Assembly (NCBI RefSeq): GCF_036321535.1
Contig: NC_087437.1
Location: 100,442,001-100,506,000 of the forward strand
Origin: Camelus dromedarius
Lineage: Eukaryota
Length of the DNA stretch: 64,000 nt
Reading direction: 5' to 3'
Shown here: positions 38,340-49,160 of the stretch, piece after piece
How the letters are laid out: each line of letters opens with the position of its first letter
Position numbering within the stretch: the stretch's first letter is position 1
Program-made: the position numbers and the translations under genes
Notes under the pieces: model-generated
The model's database searches: none
Told to the model about the DNA's origin: nothing
The model's input: only the letters and a program-made list of their open reading frames with translations

Positions 38340-41300
38340 AACAGATAATAAAATATTTATTTTATTGTTGTAAAATTAAAAATAGTAGACAAGCATATGT
38401 AGTTACAGTCCCAAAGCAGAGCAATACAAATATATAAATTATTGCAGTTTTAAAAGGAAAGTATAACAGCCAAGTAATTTCTAAATAAACTGTTTTGAAA
38501 CCAACTTGGTTTTTATCACTGCAGCTTCATTTTCTTTTCCCAAATGTCTCAGCACAATTTTGTATGGATTTCTAGTCAGATTTAAAGCAAGGTTAACACA
38601 AACACACACACACAAATCATAAAAGTAGGAATGGCATTTAACAGAAGTCACTACTGAACACTTTCTAAACTGCCTCTTTTGAAGTAGCAGAATGGAAACG
38701 AACATTCTACACATGGTTCAGGAAAGAAACACATTTACTAAAATTCTCTTAACTTTTTGTGCAGTTGAGGGAAGTTCAATTAACACTTTTGAAGGGAAGG
38801 TGGAGGGCAATACTCATCATGATTTTTTAATCTGCTTTACTTTCGTAGGGTTAAAACTGTGGGCTAATTCAATATCACTAAAATGCACTTAGTAATCTGG
38901 ATTCTTAAAAAGAACAGGGAAAGTGTATGTTACAAACTAGTGGCTAAAGAAATCTTAATGCTAGAGACTTGCTATGATATGGTTCATAGCAAGGAGATGG
39001 AGCTGCATAATAGGTCAGACTACATTATAACAGGGGCAATTATGAAAGAATGAAGTGAATGGAAATTCCAAGAACAACATTACAGCCCTCTTCCAAGACA
39101 CCTTTGCTTGGGCCAGAGCCCAATTACCTTATTATTCTGGTAAATAAACTCTCTCCCACCCCACTACCACCAATTTCCTCAAATAATTATTTCCACCAAC
39201 CTAAAGTTAAAAATGCAATTAAACATTGGAGTGAATTCAATTATCTTTGCTTTACAGTCACATCTGAACAGAAGATATTTTTTAAAAATACTGTGGAGTA
39301 CTAAACTTTTTATTAAGTACTTAAAAATACTCAAATATCTGACCTTAGCATAAAAATAACACTAAAAGAACTTTACACTGTACCATTTGAAAGTTTTCAT
39401 GTCATGTAACCTAATTTTATGGTCAATAACCTGAACCTCCTACTAAGCTACACAAATAATTTATTCTTTAAAAGTTCCTACTGAAGTTTTGAGCATATAC
39501 ATTTTGCATTCCATTTTACATTAGTAACACAAGCAGATTTCGTCTAAAACAAGACAAAATAAAACCAAAACTGGTAAACATTGATCCCAAAATATTAAAA
39601 AAAAAAAGACACCCAAAACTAGCAAGCCTCAAACAGTGTAAACACTAAAAAATATATAAACAAAAAGAATGCACTTTAAACCACTTTCAGTGGTAAAGAA
39701 TACAGTAAACTAAAAAACCCGAGAAATCTCAAGATGCTTGTCAAGATGCCAACAACAAAATAGAATATATTTTGACTCTATTTCTGAAATCACTTCCCAA
39801 CATGACCTTATTTAAAAAATAATCCTCAAATATATATAAAAATGGGCACTTTGTGGTAAAATGAACATATAATTTGAAAAACATTAATAACATTATCTCG
39901 CTCCAACACTGTATGTTAACAAACTACACAGTGAAACACAACACAGTTCTGCTGCCTGTGTGCATCACCTAGTATTGGTGTCTTACGTGCATGGCTTTAA
40001 AAAAAAAGACTACTTTGGACACTAAATGCTAGGATCAAAGGATGATAATCACAAAGTAAATAAGAGTTTTAGCTTAATTAAAAGATTGAAAGGATTTTAA
40101 ATCTTCAAGGAGAACAATTTTGTGTGGTCAAAATCGCTTTCAACTTCAAACTGACTTTTTAAACTTAATACAACTTGTCTAGTTGTAAAATCGAAAGAGA
40201 AAAAATATTAATCATTTCACTCCCCTTAATTAAGCTCTGAAATTGTTGGTAATGGCTGACTGGCAGTCTTTCTTGTCATTTTTGAAACTGAAGGTATATT
40301 TGAGATTTTTCTTCTAAACTTCCTCAAAAGTACTAACAATTATGCAGAAAAATAGCCAAATATGGTAACCAGCATTCGTGGTATTTCATATTCTCTCATG
40401 GTAGATAGAACTCAGCTTTATCCCATTATCCTTATTTTAGCATATGCAATAATTGCATATTCAAGAAGACTAACATAGGAATATAAAATATGTTTACCAA
40501 ATATTTGGCTGTGCAAAATACTTTTGACGACATTTTTCTTACTAGAATATCCATCCAAATTAAGTACTAGTGTGAGTACCAGCACCACAGATATTTTTTA
40601 AGAGCACCTTTCCTTTGAAGAGCTTAAATAGAAATATCTAAATGGAGTAAATCAGAGTCCCCAGTTAAGACCTTGGTACACGTACGATCCCATCTAATTG
40701 TGCCAAACTCACTAGTAAAACTACATATTTGCCAGAATCTCTCTAGGAAATAAGCAAACACTTTCTTTGGGTAACAGTGTTGTATCTGGGACTGCACCAT
40801 ATGGCTCATATTCTGGAAACAAGCTGCTACTTACATCAAATGCAACACATACCAAACTTTTAACGCCTGTCCCTAAGTGATCTCACTAGAAGCACAGATG
40901 TGTGCAAGCACACTGGCTGGTAACATTCTTAATGAATTGTGCCAAAAAAGAGTAAACTCAAATTTGAAAATAGGACCACAACAACAAAGCACTGAGATAC
41001 TTACTGGGATCACCAGGAATGTCTTTATTCAATTTATAAACTGATAGAATTTTGATATTGCACACACTCAATTTAAAGCTTATTAAAACTAAGGCAATGC
41101 AGCCTCACTCCCTGGATTTTAAATTCATTTTGCAGGACTCAAAGAACTGAGAGAAACTGAAAGTATCTTTCAAAAGCTCCCTCCAAAAAGCAGTTATGTC
41201 ATATTTCAGAAACAAAACAAAACAAGACAAAACAAAATCAGTGAGATACCAATTAATATCCTCAGGTAAATTTAACACATTTTAGCATCGTAAAAAGTTG

Positions 41301-42831
41301 TTTTCTACTAGACTGAGGTGTTTCTTTGCTTAGTCAAATACTGTTTGTGTTAAAGACTAAAATCAGACCCAAGCTAGGGCAGGCTGCCAAATTCAAGGCA
41401 AAAGTCATTCGCATCTTTACGCACGAAGCTGCCAAGTTAATGGGCTTTTCTGTGGATTCTTTCAAGCAAAGGATCTTACGTCGTAAATATATTCTAAGCA
41501 CCAGTTGAAAATAGAATTCAGAGCCCATTTTAATTTTGCACTGGTTATAGCTTTTACTATAATACGTTATTTGAAAAATCATCTAGCTGTTTGAGACAAA
41601 CTATTAGTTCAGAACTCTTTGGAAACATGATAGACAACAAATAAGAATATCCTTCTAAAAATGAGCTTATTTTTTTGAATTAAGAGTTTTATTTTTCTGT
41701 GTCAAACAGTCTTCTCTTTTCCTTTAGATTCTGAAGTTTAGAAAAATACCTCACAATGCTTTCTTTGGGCAATACTTTCAGTGATGCTGATAACAGAATT
41801 TGGACAGCTGAAGGATTCTTGAACCTTTATCCAAACTGGCACACAAAATGATTTTAATTTTTTTCAAAGATAGGACAACAATTTCATGGCACATTCAATT
41901 TGAAGACAGATACTACATTTGACTTGGAAGTGAGGCTTGACTTAAACTCTGTCCAAATCCTAACACATCAAAGTCATTAGAATGAAAGCAATAATGATGT
42001 AGATAGGCTTTTACTTCTCTGAAGACAAGCTGACATACAAACACTAGATCAGCACTTCTTCCTGAACTAATTCATAACTGCTTTTGTTAGAAAAAAATAG
42101 TATCTTTTATTTCCCTGCATACCTGCTTTAAAAAGTTATTAATTCCTCTTTCATAAGAGTTATCAGAAGCCAGAACAATTCAACTAGATAGATTTCTATG
42201 CCAAAATACATTTATCTTTGGAAAACAAGATAACAGTTGTAAAAACAGTATATTAAGAGAATAAAATGCAACGATCTGAAATATGGGTAACATACTCACA
42301 CATGAAAGTGTAAATATAATATACAGAGCCATTCAAATACATATTTATAAAGAGAATGAAAAGTTACCTAAAATAGTATTTTTATATATAAAATTTTTGT
42401 ATTAAAATATTGCTCATAATAAATAAGAGGTGGTATTATGAATTCCATTTCCCTCTTAGAAGTTTAGTAGTTCAGACTAATCTAAGAACTCTGTAAACCT
42501 TCTATTGTTTTGACAGGTGAATTACATTAAAATATGCTTAATAAAATCACACTGTAACAGTATATTTAAGTAGTCACCAGTGGTAAAAGTTAGGGAGGGC
42601 CATTTCGTAACTATGGGAAAAAAAATTCCCAAAATGAACTAAAATGATTAACCCTAGAAGGCTAGAGTGTAATGATCTGCCTTATTTGACAAAGATGTTA
42701 AATACTGCCTTAAGCTTTGCAAATTTAATGACCATAAAATAACTGACCATAACTCTCTCCAACTTCTTCCGAGTGTGCATGCCTGGCAGACCAAAGAACG
42801 GCAGGGCATAGGAAGTGAGTGTAAGTTTAGT
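38340..42831 (-). other. C21orf91: Long AT-rich 3' UTR of C21orf91 (~4.5 kb; distal end inferred)
   Basis: Follows the stop codon, contains no recognisable interspersed repeat, and ends at tandem AATAAA signals shortly before an L1 remnant resumes at ~38118. Confidence 0.7.
38356..38366 (-). terminator. Candidate distal polyadenylation signal (overlapping AATAAA x2)
   Basis: Plus-strand tttattttatt reads AATAAAATAAA on the mRNA strand; T-rich tracts lie downstream on the minus strand. Confidence 0.65.
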
Positions 42832-42998
42832 TCAGTTGTTTATGGGTAGGTGTGACTTCATTCCTGTTCGTCCCACTTGCAGACATGGTAACTTGGAATA
42901 GTTCTTGAGAAGCTGTTCGATGGCAACGTGGCGGACGTGGAGCTGTGAGGCCAAAGAATCTTTTTCTTGCACTTGGTGGGCTAACTCTTCAAAAACTT
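42832..42998 (-). CDS. C21orf91: EURL terminal coding exon to TGA stop (exon 5)
   Basis: Acceptor tcttaacag|AA. Translates (E)[54 protein letters not shown]; the stop TGA is plus-strand tca at 42832-42834. Confidence 0.96.
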
Positions 42999-43379
42999 CT
43001 GTTAAGAATTAAAAAGTAGTTCCATTTTTAGTACAAAGAAAGTTTATCCTCTGACATATTTCAAGTCCTCTAAATGAAATGAATGCACTGGACAAACATT
43101 TGCAATGAAAGTGGTTTGACTACGAAGAAACAGTTGTGTTCCGATCATCCTAGGAAGCTGTATAGTTTGCGTAGCCAACTGGAACACTGTATTCCTCTTC
43201 TCCCTCAAATGAAACGTGCGAGTCATAAGAATGACTACAGAGACGCACAGCAGAAACGGCAGGTGCAACCACCTGAGACGCTGCTCAATGTGAATACATA
43301 CATAGGTCCAATCAGTATCTAATGTGACTTACGAACAGCAAGGTGCCCATTAGTATCCAGGTGTGGAAACCCCTCTAAG

Positions 43380-43760
43380 AGGATCTGGAATCAGACTACC
43401 TGGATTTTTGAATCTTTGTCCTGACTTGTAAGAGTCTCAGGCAAGTAACAAACTACGTTTTAACTTCCTCTTACGTATAGCCCCAATAAGAAAGTAAGCA
43501 CCTCACAGGGTTACTGTAAGGATTAAATAAGACATACTTGTAAGTATTTACCATAGAATAAGTACTTGATAAATATAAGCAGCTATTACTATTATTTTAC
43601 TATTCTGAGAGGCTGAGTGGTCAAAAAAGACCACACTAATTTTGGAGCTAAAAAGACAGAGGTTAGAATCCTTACTCCATTACTGACTGAATGCATGATC
43701 TCTGTAAGTAAGCAACGTCTCTGAAGTGCCATTTCCTCACCTAAGTAGGAACTGTGGGAA
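43380..43760 (+). mobile_element. Two tandem MIR fragments in the last intron
   Basis: ctggaatcagactacctgg..cacctcacagggttactgtaaggattaaataaga; second copy ttagaatccttactccattactgactg..tttcctcacct. Confidence 0.75.
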
Positions 43761-44459
43761 CAAAAAAAGAGAGACATTTGGGGAATTTGGACACTAACTG
43801 TTAACTCCTAACATCATCCTATTTGATGTTAACAAATTATTAGCTGTTTTTTTTTTTTTTTTTTTTTTTTTACGGTGTGACAATGAGGTTATCATTGCCT
43901 AAAAAAAAAGTTACATTTTGGAGAAAATCCTGAAGTGTTTACGGACAAAACAGTATGTTGTCTGGGATTTGTTTCAGAATAATATGTGCTGGAGATGTGC
44001 GTAGGGCGAGGAGAATGGGTACAGGTAGAGATGAAAGAAAACTACTACACTTTTGGTAATTCCTGAAACTGGGGAAGATGGGTCAAGGGTTTCACTATAC
44101 TATTCTCACTACTTTTGTGTCTGAAATTTTTAATAATTAGAACAAAATAGGGCCAATACCACCTGTGGTTCTTTAAGAAACTGCTAAGGAGCACACCTGC
44201 ACAGTGCCTGGCACGAAAACATGTAGGTAGTCAAGAACATGTTAGTAAGAGGTAGATATTAAGCTGTGGTCTGTTTTCACTTAAAAAAGAAAAACCTATT
44301 TCACCTGCAGTTCATAAAGAAATTGTTTTCTTCTTTTTGCTATGGAAAGTCTAACAGGTTCTAATCCCATTTCTAAATTTTAATTGCAGATGAAGCTAAT
44401 AGGGGATTTTCTGTATCAAAATCTGCACAGGTAAAAAGCATTGACACTGAGTCCTTTAC

Positions 44460-44522
44460 CCTGTATTTGCTGTTGGAGCTCTGCATTCAGTTGCTTTACT
44501 TCACCAAGAGTCATCGAATTCA
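44460..44522 (-). CDS. C21orf91: EURL coding exon (63 nt, phase 1-1; exon 4)
   Basis: Acceptor catgtttcag|TG, donor CAGG|gtaaag. Translates (L)NSMTLGEVKQLNAELQQQIQ in frame with the flanking exons and matches the start of the EURL coiled-coil region. Confidence 0.95.
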
Positions 44523-44667
44523 CTGAAACATGAAAATATATTCATTATTACCAAGACAGGAAAATAAGTCGTCTACACTACCAACACAATGTCCTATTTA
44601 AAAAAAATTTGCACTCGTCTAGCAACATAACGTTCGGCAGGACCCTAGGATTCATTCATTCGCTCCT

Positions 44668-44902
44668 GCAGTGTTGAGTTTTTGAAACCTGACCACAACC
44701 CACAGGAAGAAACATATTTTCCATCTCTTCCAGTCTACCTCCACCTGAAACAAAAAGTTCACTGAAAAATACTTAGCATTAGGTCCACTGGATTCTGATA
44801 TTTCCCATTCTGTTTCAGTTTTCAAAAAGTGCTAGTCACCACCCATCTACCTGATTTTGCTCAAGCACTACATGTTTCATGATCTGCAGCCTGAAAAACA
44901 CT
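44668..44902. mobile_element. Non-autonomous hAT-Charlie element
   Basis: tgaccacaacccacaggaagaaacatatttt, ctgaaacaaaaagttcac, ending tgcagcctgaaaaacact. Confidence 0.65.
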
Positions 44903-45554
44903 TAAGTACTGTGGAAACAGTTTGAAAAATCAATTTATCTAGCTAGCTACATAACCGTGGATAATTCATATACAGAATCAAAGAGCTGTATAAAAATATA
45001 CCCAAGGGCCCTTGTAGCTCTAAAATCACTTGATTTTAAGTGAATTAAAATTATCTCAGTTTCTGTGAGTTTTTGTAGAAATAGATGCAGACTGAATGAG
45101 TCACTTTTTCCAAGTGCACACATTACCTTTGGCCTTTAATAAAATGTCATATTTTTGCTTTTGAAATGCTACCCCCAATTAGTCTTATAGGGATTAGCAA
45201 CGTGACAATGTGTGTTCATCAATGGCTGAGGCTGTACTTCTAACCTCTATGAACCTTGAACTTTCCAATTCACAGTTTGTTGATTCTATTCCATTAATAA
45301 TTTAAAATGGCAAAGCAAATGATGGCACAACATAATTTTAATGCTTCAGGATATATTGAGGAATATTCTAGAGAACTGACAGAGAGTTTTAAGACATCTC
45401 ATTTTTGCTAGGGTGAACCCTTCATTTAAATTTTGTTATTTACCAAATCTATAATTCCACAGCAAAATTCTTGACACATCACATATGAAATGTAAAAACA
45501 ACAACAACAACAACAAGACTCCAACCTTCACCTTTCTCTCCCCATCTTACTTAC

Positions 45555-46091
45555 GTTTCTCTCTGCTGTAATGTGGATGCTGGCTCCGGACATTAGCCTC
45601 TGGATTAGAGTTTGTCTCTTCTTTTTTCTGTTCCTGGTTGTGACTACAAGGCCACGATACACTATTGTGGCATAAAGTGGCACCTGAATCTTGTAACATA
45701 GCAAGTCCAAAGTCCGTATTTTCCCTCTGTTTCAATATTCTTTGTGTACAGTTTGAGAGGCCACCTGCACTTCCATCTATCCACTTCGCAGAATACTTTG
45801 GTACTTGAGAGTCAAACTGTGGGAGTAACTTTTTATCTGGATTATGCCTGAAATTAAAGAGGTGGTGCTGGGGATTTTTAGAACATTCAGAATCTGAATC
45901 CAGATCCTTATTTTGTGCATACTGTACAATCCAGTTTATCTTCTTACTCAAGATAGTTTTAACTTCTTCATAAGTACTTTTTGAAAGCTTAGATCGAGGA
46001 CAATCTTGGTTTGCAATCAAGTGGTATTTTTCAAAGCAGTCTTTATGGCCCCTTAATGATTTGGTGTGCAAGAGATTAGATTTTGGTATTC
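45555..46091 (-). CDS. C21orf91: EURL protein, large internal coding exon (537 nt, phase 1-1; exon 3 in human numbering)
   Basis: Translates (G)[82 protein letters not shown]...QHPHYSREK, recognised as EURL. Acceptor tttctttag|GA with a long polypyrimidine tract; donor AAAC|gtaagt. Confidence 0.96.
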
Positions 46092-48649
46092 CTAAAGAAA
46101 AAAAAGAAACAGAAGACTTGAGACAATTTTGTTTATAAGTTGCATTAAGAAATACAAATCTTAGTAAAAATCAGCCACTGATAATGTGTAAATTAGAGAA
46201 AAATGCTAAAGAATATTGATATTAATAATATAAACTATGGCCTAATAATTTATGCTTCAGTTTACCTATATATTCAGTAACATTAAATTCTTATGAGTAG
46301 CGAAGCCTTTTTAAGGACTTAATGACTCAATTTCAACCTTAGTCCAGAGGTATATTATTGCACAATAATAAAAAATACTACTGAACCAGCAATTTACACT
46401 TACAGAATCTTGGCCTTTACATTATAGTGTTTTCTTCACTGATCTTCCTAAAGTACACACTTGCAAAAAATTCCTATTATAGGCTCGGTAAGAGAAATGC
46501 TTGACAATTTTCTTCTCAACAAAAAGCACAGTAAGTCATGATCTTAAATTATTAAGGTTTTTACTGGGGAAAGATAAACCAGAACCAGAAAAATACACAT
46601 TAACAAAGACCTCAAAAAGTCAATGAAATGTTTAAATTTTTTTTAAGTAAGAAAAGCATCTAAAATGTTCTCACATTTTTTGATACTTACTAAAACTTTA
46701 ACAAGATAATTTCTTCTAGAGATAAAATTACAATTATTTTTCATATAGCAACAAATTCAATCTACCAAGATACAATAGCCAGTAAAATTGTTTAACTGAT
46801 AAATGTTCATTACACCCCATAAATAATGGAAATATTCTTGTTACACTTTTATTATCTCCCAACTTTTTATAGAGCTTAAGTATGCTATCTCAAATGTTTA
46901 AAATTTAGAATACAGAATACATTTTCAAATATATGACACACTTAGAAATACAGAATATATTCATATGTTTTCATAAGTTCAAGCTACTTAAAGTCAAACA
47001 GCAGTGCTTTTATTACTGGAGGTGAATAAAGGATGTGGAACTGAAAATTAACGCCTACCAGAACTAACCAGTCTAAATCTGCTTAGCTTTGAAAACAGAG
47101 TAAGTGGGGAGCTACTCAGGTGCTACATTAAAAAAAAAAAAAAAAGTTCTAGCTGACTCATCAGGAAAAATTACATTCTGTATTAATCCTTTGTTTTAGA
47201 AACTGAAGTCGTAACAATTTTATTGACTGAACTCTGAACTCTAGCTATTACTAAGAAAATGAGGTATCTGCACTTTAATGGTATTAAATTAGGTATAAAA
47301 GTGTTTGAGAATATTAATTTGTTCTAAAATGATATAACATCAGCCAATGGTGAGTCCTGCTCAGACTGCCAAAAATAGCGCTAAGCAGGCTCTGTCAGCT
47401 CCCTCACAAGTGAGCTATGGGAGAAGGCATCCTAAACACGAACCGTCTACACAGACGGGAACAACTGCTCTCACAAGGTAAACTCCAGTATCTTAGCCTT
47501 GCTTTTTCCACTGAGTGCAAAAAATTGAACTTAAAGAAAATTTCATACACATTTTATTTACCCCTCTGGTACCTGTACTGCAATTGTGTGTGTATATATT
47601 TTTTACCAGTTATTGTCTGGTTAGGCCAAATTTCCAGCAAAATTAACATATTTAAGCGCAAAACCTCAAAGCTCTATTTGACAACACAACGTACACCTTT
47701 CAAAACCTGGTGAAGTAACAAAGGAACTTCACAAAACTTGATTAGAATAAAAATATTAAAAGTTTTGTTATTATGTATGTTTTAGATCTTAGTAAGACAA
47801 AAAAGTGGCTGGTACCAATTAACAGACCAAAAAAGAAATACCTCCGTTCTGCTGTTTGATTCTAATACTGCTAGGCAGAGAGAACCTGAAGCTTACTTTA
47901 GTAACTTTGGAAAACTGATTCAATAGCTTCCTTACTCTCTATAAAACTCTCTTAGGTCTCGTTGCCAGCAGATGGCTAGCCAATCCCTGAAACAGTAAAC
48001 GGTTTCATTCTCACTCAGTTCATGGCCACAGCACTAATTTCATGTGGCAGTGATTTAGCTTAATCTAAACACTGTAAATTATAAGTTTCTCCTTTACTGT
48101 TAAAGGAAATCCTTCAGCATATAAAAAGGGTTCTAAACTAGGCTACAGAAAGTCATTTTTTGCTGTTAAATTTTGTTTTTTGGGGTTTTAAAAAATTTAT
48201 TTGGAATGTTCAGAAACTGAATTAAAGAAAGATAAAAATCATATAGAACAATGGATTTCCTGACATACCTTAGAGCTTCAATAGCACGTTAATACAATAT
48301 TTGTTTATTTGAAAAATAACGTGGGCTTTTAAAATTAAAGGTTTTTTTTTTAAACCCAATGCTCTTCTTAGTAATTCATGTAATGCAACTTTTTGTTCTC
48401 TAGAAATAACTTCTTTTAACTTTTACTTAAATACCCAAATTAATGCCTGGAATCCAGTAACACGTTATTATATGCATATTGGTAACCTGCTGAGATGAAC
48501 AGCAAATCAGAGAACTACAATACTCAATCTACTGTGAAAATACATAAAGGTAAAATAACTTTCAGATTCAGACATTCAGGTGAAAAAATCCTTTATAGAA
48601 GACATAAAAAAAAAAAGCCCATCATAGCAGGAAGAGTTCTGAGCACAGG

Positions 48650-49160
48650 CAATACCTCTACTTAAATGTCTCACAGGCTCCTCAATCTCACCCTGCCTAA
48701 ATGAAACTCCTCTTCCTCCATTCTTACCATCAAATCCCAGCCCTGATCCTCTTCCTGAATCTGGCACCATCAGCTGATCAAAGAAACCTGGATGTCTTCC
48801 TTCACAGCATCTTCCACACCACCATCCCAGATGTCTTATTGTCCATCTGAATAGATTTTTGCCCCCCAAAATCTAGCAGTACAACATCTTAAATCATCCT
48901 TCACTCCAATACCACTCCCACTACATTATCTGGGCCGTCATCATCTCCGGTCTAGTTCTCCCTTCCTCTAAGAAGACTTTTCTAATCAATAACATCTGAA
49001 TTAATCACACCAGATTTTACAACTGTTTCTTCACTGGCCTTTATCTCCTGCTAGGAGGTAACTGCTATGAGAAAGGGGACCATACCTGTTTTTTGTGCAT
49101 CCTCACTGTCATGGTGCCAAGCACTTAGTGAGTACTCAACAAAACTAATTAAATGAATAA
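48650..49160 (+). mobile_element. L2 LINE 3' fragments
   Basis: ggcaccatc..gatcaaagaaacctgga, catcatctc, gtgccaagcacttagtgagtactcaacaaa..aatgaataaa. Confidence 0.7.

Noticed and set aside
39671..39853. Two GCACTTT (miR-17 family) matches within the UTR span
   Set aside because: They are on the plus strand, antisense to the C21orf91 mRNA.
45547..46071. 174-aa ORF as a stand-alone single-exon gene
   Set aside because: Its 'start' is an internal TTG Leu codon and its stop lies in the intron; it is an internal C21orf91 exon with canonical splice sites.
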